A stretch of DNA of 64,000 bases from contig NC_091473.1 in the NCBI RefSeq assembly GCF_036971445.1, positions 205,654,001-205,718,000 on the forward strand, read 5' to 3'. Numbering within the stretch: position 1 is the stretch's first letter; each line of letters opens with the position of its first letter. This DNA comes from Narcine bancroftii (lineage: Eukaryota). The position numbers were made by a program, and so were the translations under genes. The notes beneath the pieces were generated by a model. The model saw only the letters and a list, made by a program, of their open reading frames with translations. It did not search any database and had not been told where the DNA came from. Shown in pieces: positions 1 through 12,500 of the stretch.

Positions 1-225
1 TAACTGAACAACAGTTACCATGCAGCACTATCTGCTTTAAGGATCTTCTGATACCCGCAGTATCCCGGAGAAACACTCGTCTATCTAGTGAAGATTTTGT
101 CTACTGCATACAGAGGCCGGTCACCTTAATTCACAGTTAGGTGTTTTGCTGTGTATCAGAACTAAACACTATTGATACATTTTCCACATTGCTCCGTCGT
201 GATCTCAGCATTGTATGTGTATCTT
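1..225 (+). pseudogene. TCR V pseudogene relic (family B/D-like), 5' part outside the window, 3' end cut by L1
   Basis: Reads LNNSY...F*YPQYPGETLVYLVKILSTAY, matching V39659 (LNCSY...FWYIQYPGHARTYVVNILSTGF); conserved Trp codon is TGA. Confidence 0.7.
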
Positions 226-2955
226 TAAAAAAAACAACTTTATTTAATATATTGAAAACAAAAACTTTAACAAATTGCATAATATAAAAATCAAAATTGC
301 AAGACTTCGCAACCCATTCCACTCATCCTCAGGAAACCCCACAAGTGAAGCATTAAGAAAATAAAATAATACATACAGCAGTTTAAGATAATACTAAATT
401 CATACATTTCAAATATGGCGACAACATCTGAACAAAAATGTAATAATTAGCATTCAAATTATATGTTATTTTCTCCGTATAAATACAGGTCCTCAACTCG
501 TTATGCCAGCGATTTACATTTATCTCAACTTCGTCTTTCGAAAAAAATCGCAACACATTTACATGCTACAGCCAATGCTAAATATAGAAAATGCTGTCTC
601 ATATTTATCTGACCCAAAATCCAAAAATGGAGCAGGATAACCCAACAAAATATATTTTGGATCTTATAAAAGTTGGATTTTATACAAATGTTGAAGAAAT
701 TCCTTCATTATCCGCCAAAATGATTGAATTTTATCACAAAGCCAAACGCAATGTAAGCATGTTCCTCCACATAATCCACATCTAAAACACGACTCTGAAT
801 TACTAAATCCATAACATTTTAAATTTCGCAGGGGTTAGATATAACTAATGCACAAAATATAATTAATTATACTATATTTTACATGAAACAATTTAGTTAC
901 ACCATCAAAACACATCAACTCCCAATCGACCGGATTAATATCACAACTTAAATAATTTTTCCATTTAATCCTATATTTATCGAAATTTATTTTATCCACC
1001 TTCTCTTGTAACAACGCATTTATCTCAGAAATAAAATACTTATTTGAAAAATGAGAAATAATAAACTCAAATTTAGTTAACTGAGGAATTTTCATTTTCC
1101 TTCCAAAATTATGTTTCACTTACAGCTATGCCTTTGGCTTGGCTTCGTGGACGAAGTTTTATGGAGGGGTAATGTCCACGTCAGCTGCAGGCTTATTTGT
1201 GGCTGACAAGTCTGATGTGGGACAGGCAGACACGGTTGCAGCGGTTGCAAGGGAAAATTGGTTGGTTGGGGTTGGGTGTTGGGTTTTTCCTCCTTTGTCT
1301 TTCGAAAGTGAGGTGGGCTCTGCGGTCTTCTTTAAAGGAGGTTGCTGCCCGCCGAACCGTGAGGCGCCAAGATGCACGGTTTGAGGCAATATCAGCCCAC
1401 TGGCGATGGCCAATGTGGCAGGCACCAAGAACTTTCTTTAGGCAGTCCTTGTACCTCTTCTTTGGTGCACCTCTCTCTCGGTGGCCAGTGGAGAGCTCGA
1501 CATATAACACGATCTTGGGAAGGCGATGGTCCTCCATTCTGGAGACGTGACCCACCCAGCGCAGTTTGATCTTCAGCAGCGTGGATTTGATGCTGTTGGC
1601 CTCTGCCATCTCGAGTACTTCGATGTTGGAGATGAAGTCGCTCCAATGAATGTTGAGGATGGAGTGGAGACAACGCTTGTGGAAGCGTTCTAGCGTTCAC
1701 TAACGGTATAATTTGATAATAAATAAACAAAGAATTCACTGAAATTCCACATTTCTCTCTAAGCTGATTAAATGATAAAAGTTTATCCTCTTCAAAACAA
1801 TCCTGCATCGAGTTTATTTTTTTTTAGTCTGCCATTCTCTTAGAAATCTATTATTCAATGAAAAAGGAATCAATTTATTTTGGTACATTGGGGCTTGATC
1901 CGATATTTTAACTTTCGAGCCTATTAATAAATTCCTTTTAGTCCAAATCTCTAAAAAATATTTTAAAATCGGTACGTTATATCTCCATAATAAAACAGAA
2001 TTCCACTTAAATACAAATTGATGTGAATAAGGTTCCCACATACCAGGCAGTTCTACCATGGCCCAACTGGGGGTGGGGGGCACGAAACATCCAGCTTATG
2101 GTTAATAAATGTTAATTGAGCAGCTTCAAAATAATTTTGAAAATGAATTAATTGTAAATCTCCCAAAGCATATTTAGAAGTCAATTTATGTATCACAACT
2201 CTGGCTAATTTCCCATTCCATAAAAACTCTCGAACTACTTTATTTAAATCCTGAAAAAAAAATTTTTTGGAACTAAACAAGGAATCGACACGAATAGATG
2301 CTGAATTCGCGGAAATATATTCATCTTAATACAAATTACTCGATCTATTAATGAGAAAGTTAAATCCTTCCATTTAATAAAATCTGCTTTAATCTTTCTC
2401 ATTAATGGTACATAGTTTAAATTATACAATGATTGAAGATTTACATCAATCATTGTGCTTCATGACTTAATTTGATCAGTCCAACTTAGTTTAGTAATTT
2501 GTTTACACTGGTCATAATTTCGCTCTGAAATTGGTAATATTTCACTTTTTATCCCAATTCACTTTATATCCTGATAATTTATCATATTGTTCTAAACATT
2601 CTTGCAGTAAATTAAAGATAGTTCGAGATTAGTTAAATATATCAAATCGTCATCAGGAAATAAATTAATTAATCTTCTGTTACCCTTAGAACTCTGATAT
2701 TCTCATTCTGCCTAATAGCTTGAGCAAATGGTTCGATGACCAACGCAAATAGAACTGGCGACAAAGGACAATCTTGACGAGTTGAATGAGATAATTTAAA
2801 GAAAGAAGAGGTTTGACCATTTTTCGACACCCTAGCAACGGGATGATTATATAATGCCATCATCAAACCAATAAAAAAGTGTACAAAAATATATTTTCCA
2901 AATCATTAAATAAAATATTGCATTCGACGCTTTCAAAAGCCTTTTCAGCATCTAG
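226..2955 (-). mobile_element. L1/Tx1-like LINE ORF2, 3' portion, decayed
   Basis: Minus-strand ORF fragments: ALYNHPVARV..TRQDCPLSPVLFALVIEP (RT), KWKDLTFSLIDRVICIKMNIFPR, FLWNGKLARV. Confidence 0.9.
1132..1693 (-). mobile_element. RTE-clade LINE, 3' end, nested in the L1
   Basis: ORF 1193-1609 LRWVGHVSRMEDHRLPKIVLY.ELSTGHR.RGAPKKRYKD is a typical RTE C-terminus; sharp GC shift against flanking L1; degenerate TSD-like ttcact(t/a)ac on both sides. Confidence 0.9.
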
Positions 2956-2956
2956 A

Positions 2957-3234
2957 CGCCTCGGAATTGGTCGTCTATGAAAGGCAGATCGTATCACTGA
3001 GCTGCAGTTACTCGATGAGCCTGACGGCATGTTTTTGGTACATTCATCAACCTGGTGAATCTCCCAAATATTTGCTGAACATCTACAAGTCAGGAAAGGC
3101 GATTATCCGGAGAAGATATCGGGTACATTGGAGAAAATGAGCCTGAAATCCCACCTTAACATCTCTAAAAGGCTTGTGGAGGATTCCGCCGTGTATTTCT
3201 GCGCACCGGACAGTGGCAGAATCGTTCAAAAATC
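2957..3234 (+). pseudogene. TCR V pseudogene (family A), 5' truncated, heptamer deleted
   Basis: QIVSLSCSYSMSLTACFWYIHQPGESPKYLLNIY...HLNISKRLVEDSAVYFC; internal deletion in CDR2; TGC (3200-3202) runs directly into a 23-nt spacer and nonamer TCAAAAATC (3226-3234). Confidence 0.9.
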
Positions 3235-3857
3235 GTAGCACACGAAATTCAACCTGACGCATTGGCTCGGGGGCGCCCTCGATAACGGAATGGAAGCGGC
3301 AGCGCGATCTTCCTGGAGAGTCTGCAGCAACGCGGAGTTGCTAGAGTTCTGCCGTCCTATCATCGTTTCTCTCTCTCTGCGTGCTCTGTGTCTGGGGGTG
3401 GGAGGTTGTACGTCATGAAGAAATAGACAGCTATTTTCTCGTATTTTGTACTTAAACGAAGGAGTGTTGGTTAGATAGAAGGAAGGGAGAGATTAGCACT
3501 ACTCTCGGAAGGTTAAAAAAAATGTAAAAGGGAGTCGCGTCTAAACACAACGGGAGAAGCGGCGAGGGGGCCCAGGAAAATAAGAGAAGGTGATATGAAG
3601 GGATCAGCAAGTGTGAAGAAGATAAAGACGTGGGCAGTGTAAATGTAGACGTAGAAATACGAGCGGAAATGACTGAGAATGAGAAGAGCCAACATTAATA
3701 CCCAGATTTCATTGGTCCAGGAACGGCGCCCTCTTGAGCCGATGTGCGATGTGGGCGCCCTCCTGTGTGTCCTTGAGGATGGATCGCCACTGACGCGACC
3801 CTACACTCTTATATCGGGTAAAATGATGAATTAATCGCTGTTTATCTTCATCCTGGC

Positions 3858-3904
3858 TTCATCCCCATTCATTTGTTTGCTGATTCTGTGGGCCGTTCGA
3901 TTTG
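3858..3904 (+). pseudogene. Degenerate V leader exon (L1 of unit 1), no ATG, GC donor
   Basis: TTG CTG ATT CTG TGG GCC GTT CGA TTT G|gcgagc aligns with the leader at 4716; paralog ends at about 6767 (G|gcgaac). Confidence 0.6.
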
Positions 3905-4715
3905 GCGAGCCTCTGACCTATTAGTCAGGGCGTGTCCCTACCGGCTCAGCGCAATTCCTTGCATATCCTGTACTGCCTGCTACGTTCCAGAAACAAATGG
4001 GGAAATGTAGTAATACACGGAAATGGCTGCGGGAAGCCAAGCAGTGTCACTGACACTAGTTACTCGACAAGTGTTACCTTATAATATTGGGACGTTAAAA
4101 TTCCCGTGGATCGTGAAATCTTGGATATAACATCCTATTCGATGTGGTTCGTTCTCACGATCGCCCCGATAGGATGACGGTTACTTTGGAGAAAAAGGTC
4201 CAGATATTACACCTCAATATCTCGAAAGCTCTTGAAACGAATTGGCCTTGTTTCTCTGCGCGGTGGGCCTCACACTGTTCTTTGGAAATTGCGGAGAGGC
4301 ACAAAAGCTGATTCTGAAATCGGATGTGGTTTGAAACAAAAGGGGAGAAAGAGGGCGGGATCTCCCGTTAGGCAATGCAAAAGGCTGAGCATGTGTAAAT
4401 GTTAGATAGAACGAGCTAGAGGAATAGAATGAAAGAAGGGGAGAGAGGGAGCGAGGGAGGAGATAAAAAGACGGAAGACACGGGGGAGTGTACAAATAGA
4501 GGAAGAAACCATGAAAGAAGGCCAGCGCGTTGCAGACTGCCTTCACAACTCTCTGATTTGTTCACGAATTATATCATCAACCAATCCTATGTGAAGGAAA
4601 CTCATTCATATCTGCCCCAGGTTGTTCGTTCACTCATAACATCGACCGACCCGTATTTCTCTGTATTCAGCTGTCATACAGGAAAATCTTCACTTTTGAC
4701 CTTAATCCGCATATC

Positions 4716-4761
4716 ATGAGTGTTTTGTGTTGTTTGCCGATTCTTTGGGTTGTTTTGACTG
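4716..4761 (+). CDS. TRAV: Leader (signal peptide) exon of the functional family-A TCR V: MSVLCCLPILWVVLT-G
   Basis: ATG, 15 hydrophobic codons and a phase-1 donor G|GTAAGC, in phase with the acceptor at 5211-5212. Confidence 0.8.
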
Positions 4762-5089
4762 GTAAGCCTGTCCCATTTGGTCACCGAACTCTGTCCATTC
4801 CTCGTACTCGACGTGTCTTTAACTTTAACATAAGTAAAGTTAGATGATTTCCCCCAAGAATCACACTCCTTAGCTGTCCCTCCGTTTACTCGTTCACTGT
4901 CTACTTACTGATCTACATCGCGCGTCCCCTACCCCCTTTCTCTCTATCCATATCGCTCCTCGCCGCTCTAATGAGAGAGAAACAAACCCGGTCTCCAATA
5001 GAGGTTTTTCAGCATCCAACGTTAGCTTGCGACCTTGTGTCGGGTGAGCATTTGGAAAATTTCTTTCTTCCGAATTGAGGCCGGAAATC

Positions 5090-5135
5090 ATGTTCCTCCT
5101 GAAGATCTGGCAGATTGTAAGGGCCGTTCACCCAA
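5090..5135 (+). pseudogene. Dead proximal leader exon (L3): MFLLKIWQIVRAVHP, donor mutated to CTGAGA
   Basis: Same length and pattern as the leader at 4716, 77 bp before the acceptor; paralog at 7842 has a TGA and donor TTGAGA. Confidence 0.6.
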
Positions 5136-5212
5136 CTGAGACAGATTCGTCAACAAGTGCCGTGCGGGTTCAGTGCCGTCTAACGGCGTTCACTAATTCT
5201 GCTTTGTTCCAG

Positions 5213-5513
5213 GGGCGAGTGCGAATGATTCAGTAACCCAAAGACCGCCGCAAATAATCGTTGATGAAGGGCAGATTGTGGAACTGAACTGTAGTTACTC
5301 GATGAGCCCCTATGCTTATTTTTGGTACATTCAACATCCCGGAGAATCACCAAAATATTTGCTGAAAATCCAGACGTCAGGACAGGTGGTTCCTTCTCGC
5401 GATTGCCCTGAGAGGATATCGGGTTCCTTAGAGAAAACGAGCCAGAGATTTCACCTCAATATCTCACAAATCCGCGTGGAGGATTCCGCCGTGTATCTCT
5501 GTGCCGTGGAGCT
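5213..5513 (+). CDS. TRAV: TCR alpha/delta variable exon (family A), apparently functional
   Basis: ttccag|GG acceptor; open frame ASANDSVTQRPPQIIVDEGQIVELNCSY..WYIQHPGESPKYLL..FHLNISQIRVEDSAVYLCAVE with Cys23, Trp41 and Cys104; TRAV versus TRDV use cannot be decided from this window. Confidence 0.9.
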
Positions 5514-5552
5514 CACGCTGTTCCAGGGCGGTGGGGGTTCTGTACAAAAACT
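5514..5552 (+). promoter_or_regulatory. 23-bp-spacer recombination signal sequence
   Basis: CACGCTG + 23 nt + ACAAAAACT. Confidence 0.92.
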
Positions 5553-5849
5553 CACCTCGTGATTTTTCATCGCTCGCGGTGGCTTGGGGGCGCTCTCGGT
5601 CTCCGGAATACAGTTCTGTCATTCAGATTAATTGAAGGGTGAAGTTAACGCCGAGGTGCTGGAGATTTTCCCTCCTCTTGCGTTTCTTTTTCACTTCTTC
5701 CGTTTCGTGTCTTTGAGTTTGAAGGTAGGAGAAAAAGTGAATAGCTGTTTCCGAGAATATAGTGGGAAAAGGGAAGTTGTGTTTTTGTGATGGAAATTTA
5801 GAGATTGATAAAGACGGCGTGGGTAGGGCAGGAGCGTGGCCCCACATTC

Positions 5850-6290
5850 ATGAGTGCACATGGGATAGAGTAGGGGACAAAGCAGGCATTGATGCGTGTT
5901 TCTGATCATCGTAGAGGAGATGATGTTGCCGATCAGCACTGTTGGGTCTTCCAATGAGGAAGTCACAGATCAAGTCACAGAAGGCTGGACAAAGTCCCGG
6001 ATCCTTTAGATTGGTAATCGGCTTTGCAAGTGTGAGGGTGTTGAACGCCGAACATTAGTCCATGAACAGCAAAGCCACCAAGGTGCTTCGGCGGTCTAGG
6101 TCATTTAATGCGTAGTGGACTGTCAACGATAGTGGGGTCGTCAGTTGTGGCGACGTGCGATGGGCGAATTGAAGTGCGTCCAGGTCCTTCCCGTGATTTG
6201 TGGTAATGCGCTCGATATGCAACCGGCCAAAAAATTTCCTCCAAGTCATTTACCTTGCTCCTATTGGACAAGACAAGGAGAGAGCACAGT
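5850..6290 (-). mobile_element. Rex1/Babar-like LINE RT fragment
   Basis: ORF 6055-6249 DLDALQFAHR...TVHYALNDLD...VALLFMD resembles the LDPLQFAYR..LF.D motif. Confidence 0.7.
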
Positions 6291-6609
6291 GGAAGCAAAA
6301 GTTCACAGAAATGCTGGAGCAACACAGCCGGTGTCGCAGATCCCAAAAGGAGTGAAAAATACCTAACCGATGTTTCGGGTCTGAGCCCTTCTTCAATCAA
6401 TAACAGAATCTCAAGAAGGTGTTAAAATAAATACTGCAGACTGACCGGGTTTGGGGGGAAGGGTAGTCCAGAACGACAGTTGCTAATTGGATATGGAAGG
6501 TAAAGAGGTGAAAGTTGATTTCTTTCTGTCAAGGGAGACGTGGAAATTCGCACAGACAGAGACACAGAACGAGAGACACGGATATATAGATGAGGGAGAG
6601 ATTTTGAGT

Positions 6610-6649
<40 letters not shown>

Positions 6650-6650
6650 A
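6290..6650. repeat. Interspersed repeat fragment (Penelope-like terminus) followed by (GA)n at 6611-6646
   Basis: aaatgctggagcaacacagc..gatgtttcgggtctgagcccttcttcaa; similar motif near 18775; family assignment from memory only. Confidence 0.4.
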
Positions 6651-7475
6651 ATAGCGGGTGAGAGAGACCCGCGGGGAAGTGCAACAGGAGGAAGAATTAC
6701 CTGTTTAACTTTATCCTGACTTCCTCCTCTTTCAGTTGTTTTCTGATTCTGTGGACCCTCCTACTTGGCGAACCTCTGACTGATTGGTCAGCTCGTGTCC
6801 CCCCCCCCCCCCCCCGCGTCTCAGCGGAATTTCTCGCATATTTCATACACTGCGAGTTTCGTTCAGGCACAAATTGAAATATCGTGGCCCATATATTATA
6901 TGGTTAAAATTAATAACCTAGACGATGTGGTTCCGCCTCAAATTGTCCGGACAAGATGACTTTGGAGAAAAGGTGCCGGATATTTCACCTGAATACCTTG
7001 AAAACTGTTGAAGCGGACTTGGCCGTGTCCGTCAGCGCGGTGTGTCTCACGCTGTTCTTTGGAAATTGCGGGACGCACAAAAAACGATTCTGAAATCGGA
7101 TATGGTTTGAAATTAAACCCGAGAAAGAAGATGCAAGAGCACGTTAGGGATTGCTTAATATTAAACAGGAGAAAATGTGAGACAGAGTTAGCGTTAAGAA
7201 TAGAACGAAAGAAGGAGAGAGGGGGCGAGGGAGGAGATAAAAAAGGGTAGATGCGGGGAGTGTACGGGTAGAGGATTCGTGAAGCGAGGGGAATGCGATG
7301 CAAAGTGTCTTCACTAACACGATCTTTTTGGTTGAATAATGACCACACCAACCAATCCTGTATGAAGGAAACACTCGCATATCTGTTCGAACTGTTAGAC
7401 CGCTCATAACATCGCCCACCAATTGTAGTACGGTAACATCAGGAAATCTTCGCTGATGATCTTAATCCACATACC

Positions 7476-8289
7476 ATATTCTTCCTGAGTGGTTTGGTGA
7501 TTCTTTGGGCCGTTCTAACTGGTGAGCCTGTCTGACTAGTCAGTGAACTCTGCCACTGCTCTTTTTCTACGAATCTCTAGCTTTAACCTAATTAAAGACA
7601 GACAATTTCCCAAATCCTTTCGCTATCCCTTGCACGTTCTTCCTCCGCTTACTAATTTACCCACTCTTTGTGTTTACTGAACTTCCTCGCAGTTTCACTG
7701 TTGCTCTCCATCACCCCTCTCTCGCTCTTCGCCGTTTTCGTGCGAGGGTAACCGCGACACAAAGAGAGTTTCTGTTGCTTCCGACGTTGGTATGGTCGAG
7801 GATTTGTAAAATATCCTTCTTCCGAATTTAGACTGGCCATCATGTTACTACTGATTTGATGGCCGATTCTATGCACCGTTCCGCATGTTGAGACTAATTG
7901 GTCAACTAGTGCCGCGCGGGTTCAGTGCCATCCAGCCACGTTCACTTATTTTGTTTCGGTCCAGGGGCGAGGTCGAAGGATTTAGTGACACAAAGCCCGC
8001 CGCAAATGATAGTGGATGAAGGACAGATCGTATCAATGAGCTGTAGTTACTTGATTAGCACCGACACTAATTTGTGGTACATTCAACATCCCGGAGAAAC
8101 TCCTAATTATTTGCTGACAATCTACACGTCCCAAGTCGTCGTTCAGGCTCACGATTGTCCTGAGAGAATATCGCGGTGTTGGGTGAAAAAGAAAATGAAA
8201 TCCCACCTCAATATCTCAGAAAGCCTTGTGCAGGATTCCGTAGTGTATCTCACGCAGCTGCACGGCAGTGGCCGATCCACACACAAAAA
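7476..8289 (+). pseudogene. TCR V pseudogene (family A): leader start ATA, V exon 7965-8250 lacking Cys104, RSS 8251-8289
   Basis: Leader ATA TTC TTC CTG..ACT G|GTGAGC; V exon open but ends DSVVY-CT then CACGCAG (15-nt deletion versus V5213); degenerate nonamer. Confidence 0.9.
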
Positions 8290-9040
8290 AACGAACCTCA
8301 TGTAATTTAATCAGCGCAATTCTTCACATATATTAAACTGCGTTCTTCTTTCAAGGAACAAATGGGGAAATGTAGTGTCACATGGACATGGCCGCGGGAA
8401 GGAAAGCAGTTTGACTGACTTTAGTGACCCAACAAATGGTACCTTATATTTTTGGTACCTTAAAATGCCCGTTGACCGTTAAAAAATGGGTATAACATCC
8501 TAGTTGTCCGGACAGGATGACGGTTACTTTGGAGAAAAGGGGCAGGATATTCCACCTCAAAGATCTTGAACTGGCTTGGCCGTGTACCTCTGCACGATGC
8601 GGCTAACACTGTTCTTTGGAAAATGCGGTGACGCATGAAAGCTGATTCTGAAATCGGATTTGGGTGGAATCAAAACCGGAGACAGAGGACGCGAGAGGGG
8701 GTTAGGGACTTCTTATGACCGAGCAGCTGAAAATATTAGATACAATGAGCTAGAGGAATAGAATGAAAAAAGGGGAGAGAGGGAACGGGGAAGGAGATAT
8801 AAAAGAGGTAAGACTCAGGGATGTAGAGGTAGAAAAAGAAACCTTGGTGAAAGAAGGAGAACGCGATGCAGACTGTCTACTCAACGCCATCTGATTGGTT
8901 GATGAATGATATGATCAAGCAATGCTGTGTGAAGGAAACATTCATATCTTCCCCAGGTGTTCGTCGCTCATGACATCTTCGCAACATTTGTACTGCGGTT
9001 AAATAAAGAAATCTTTGCTGATGATCTTAATTAACATACC

Positions 9041-9086
9041 ATGATCTTCCTGAGTGGTTTGGTGGTTCTGTGGGCCGTTCTGACTT
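9041..9086 (+). other. Orphan intact leader exon MIFLSGLVVLWAVLT with no V exon of its own
   Basis: ACCATG start, phase-1 donor T|GTGAGT; unit homology stops at the (CT)n tract at about 9180. Confidence 0.75.
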
Positions 9087-9178
9087 GTGAGTCTGTCTGA
9101 CTGGTCAGCGACATTTGCCATTGTACTTTCTCTACCTCTCGAGCTTTAACCTAATTAAAGACAGACATTTTCCCCAAA

Positions 9179-9419
9179 CTCTCTCTCTCTCTCTCCCTCT
9201 CCCTCCCTCCTTGCTCAAGCGCTGTATAACTGCATGAAGCTAATTTTCTTGAATTTTAAATATGTTGGGAAAACAGGAAAAACAATGAACTGTAAATCTC
9301 TTTGAGAAATAGGTAACACATTAAATAGTTTGCAGGTGGCTGTATTTGGAGAGTTGGGTATGGGAGAGGTGGAGAGCTGGAGAGGGAGAGGTGGGGAGAG
9401 AGAGAAAGAGAGAGAGAGC

Positions 9420-9469
<50 letters not shown>

Positions 9470-9470
9470 T
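9179..9470. repeat. (CT)n tract (9179-9210) and (GA)n tract (about 9380-9470)
   Basis: Seen directly. Confidence 0.9.
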
Positions 9471-9529
9471 ATGGAAGTAAAAAATGTCAGTCTCTCGGAT
9501 GTCTCATCATCCGCTATTGTTCTATTAAT

Positions 9530-12500
9530 TTGTTTGTTCCACGTCATGTGGCTAAAAAAGTATTATCAGTCCCGTATTGCTGAGATTCGCGATCAGGAAC
9601 AGCCGTGACACATCTTAATGTTGACTTTACGTTCGATTGCATCACTGATCCTGTTATGTTCTTACACTTCAAATGAGAATGCTATCCGATGTTTGCCGAT
9701 ATATTGTTATATCCAATCCAATCGTTCTCAGTTGGTGGCACAGCAGAGTAGTGGGTTCATTGTTTGGCATTTGTATTGTTGCCTCGAGTTTGGCGGACCT
9801 TCATTATATTCACACACGAAGCATTATATAGTGCCAATTTTAAGAATACTCCAGCTCCTCAGATAACTTTCCATTTCAATATTGTCACCTGTAAGCAGGA
9901 ATTGGAAAATGGAAATTATTACAAATATTAACGATAAAGAAGAAAATGTCTGCAATATTGCTTTTGTGAAAAGGCGCCGCCAGGACATGACCGGAGTATA
10001 GGATGAAACAGCATTGGCAGTCGGGTTTCTGTGCGTGCACATCTTCAGTTACACATATTCGGGTTAATGATACGAGATAAGAAGTTACCGATGTACGATA
10101 TTATGGTCATGTACGGAGTTACAGGCCTTGCTCAGGCTGAAAACCATAAATTTGCTGGCAATGTTTTTTTTTACCTTAGTGGTCCTGCGAAGGGAGTTTA
10201 ATGAATGCCAAGGAGGTGGGCAGTTAAACGCACAATTATAGTAATCAGCACTGCTGCATTTTCTAACATTGAGTTTAAATTAGATGTTGTATTGTTCTTT
10301 GGCGAAGAGTTCCTTGCAATATGCTTTTTAGAAGATCGCTGCAGAAGTCAAAGTCTAATAAAATGAACTTGCTGCATAAATGATTTCAGTACATGAAATA
10401 ATAACGTTTTTCATCACATCATCTGTTTGCTCTGCATTCTTTATCATTGAAGCCAACCACGAAAGTAACATTGAAAATATTATGTTGTATTGCCAGAGGG
10501 CCCTCATGTCGAAGCAACCTGCGAGCAGAATGTTTCCTCGCATACTCAGACTGGTCGGCAACCTATACCTATTTTTACTACATATCTTCACAAATCAATG
10601 CAATCTAAACCCGGGCTTCCTCACCACCTACCATAAGGACATTTAAACCGAGACATAAAGGCCACGGGCTAAGGTGAATAACCTGATGATTAGTGATTCG
10701 GTGATCAATTTACTTGATGAGAACATGGAAACGCTACCGGCATAGGACGTATATTTGCAAAATAAATAAAAAAAACCCACAGCTGTTCCAACGAGGAACC
10801 GAAAAAACCCCACGGTCATTGGTATTTTCAGTGTAGAAATAGAAGAGGGAGACCCAACCAATCAGGAAGAATCCATGGACATAAATTATCATTAAACGTT
10901 TCACATCAGAACCCTTGACTCGATTTTTGGTTCCGATCAATAATTTTCACTGCATATTTCTTTCCACTGATGATTCCCGTCCGTTTAGCGGTGTCATTTC
11001 AGTCCAGAGTACCCATAACCTCCCAATAGAAGGCGCTCTCTTTCTCAGAGACGCAAGGGAGAGATAGGCAGTGTAGAATACAGACATCGTCATTCACACA
11101 TGCGAGTATTGGAAAGTTTTCACTCTCTATCACATTCTGTTTCATTAGTTGTTTGGAGGAAATAATCTATCTCGAGTCTTGGTCCAACTGGAACTGCATG
11201 AAATGCAAATAAAAAAAAAGCTTTGAATTGATTGGTGAAATCGAAGAACAAATGAGAAATACGACTATAGGAGATAATGAGGAATAGATTAAATTGCGGT
11301 TGGTGTGATCGGAGAGGGTGAGAGCATTGTGCTGAGCGGCTGTCACTCTGCCAACCACGAGAGAGACCAGACTTCACAGGTCTATTTGTACCTCCGATTA
11401 CAAACTATTTTTGAATCATGTCGATCCAGCTCAAATTCATCCTCGGCGCCTTGCAACTCTGTATTCTCTTTCAACTTATTGGCTTCTTACATCATTTCGT
11501 CTCAACACCGGTAGGTTGACTGCGTTTCAGTCCACTTAATCAGTACATTTCATGTATGAATGCCATATTGTCTACCGAAAACCGGAAGTGAAACCAAGAT
11601 CCTGGATCTAGCTCTTTGACGAGCAATGCCCGATAGGTTCAGGGGAATTTCCAGGTCAAATTTCGCGATCCCATGGAATGGCCTCACTGTTAATACACAC
11701 GCTCCTTCCCCGCGGTTATCCTCCACTTAGTAAGGCTTGGTCAAAGGGAAGATAAGGACGTCAAGACTTGAATATTCGCTACCTTATCTTGGAGAGTCAT
11801 TTCATTTCTAGTTATTATTTTTTAGCTTATACGAGTTTCAGGAAGAGTGTCAATTCTGGGAAATGTGTGCTGTTGGTTGATTCATATTCTATTCTGTATA
11901 TGTCAGGACATTGTCGAGGCAACGCCGTTTCGCAGACACCAAGTGTGATCACAGTGACAGAAGGAGAAGATGCTCAACTGAATTGTAACAATACAACAAC
12001 AAGCATAAGTACTCGAAGATTAATCTGGCACCGTATGTATCGTGGCCGGTTACTGGATGTTTTGATGGTCAGAACGCAAAATAACGGCAAAATAAATTAA
12101 AAAAAATCCCCGAAAACTCTTCTCGACAGTGCTTGATATTTCGAAGCGCACGGTTCCACTGAATGTTCCTGCAACACAGCTGGGAGATGCGGCCATGTAT
12201 TATTGTGGTCTGAGCCCCACAGAGGTACGGAAATGGGGTGAGACTACAAACGTAACAGGTAATCTCATCGCCTGAACAAAGCTTTGAACAATTGTGTGCT
12301 TCTCCGTACATGCATCACAACCCAAATGGATGACTGGCGATGATTATCCAATTTTATGATACTGATAAGATAATTTTATCAGATTAAGTACAATTTATTG
12401 TCATGTAATAAAACAGAAATAACATGTTATTATGTAATAGCATTTAATCTGTCATTAGGTGTAAAAAAAGATTGAGGATTATCATTGCCCGGAACCCCTG

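Larger units (their letters stand above)
3830..9200 (+). repeat. Tandem triplication of the family-A V unit (about 3830-5600, 6700-8300, 8315-9200)
   Basis: Colinear homologous blocks, e.g. ctgttctttggaaat..gattctgaaatcggat near 4275, 7052 and 8609; third copy lacks the V exon. Confidence 0.85.

Noticed and set aside
5117-5122. GTAAGG as an alternative donor for the proximal leader
   Set aside because: Phase 0, incompatible with the phase-1 V acceptor, and it would give only a 9-aa leader
5278-5562. ORF-track boundaries for V genes (also 7925, 11768, 39700, 58553)
   Set aside because: These are spliced gene segments; true starts are in leader exons and ends are set by the RSS
10640-11100. 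Conserved block shared with 56950-57400 as a possible exon
   Set aside because: The similarity is explained by the segmental duplication and no reading frame is shared
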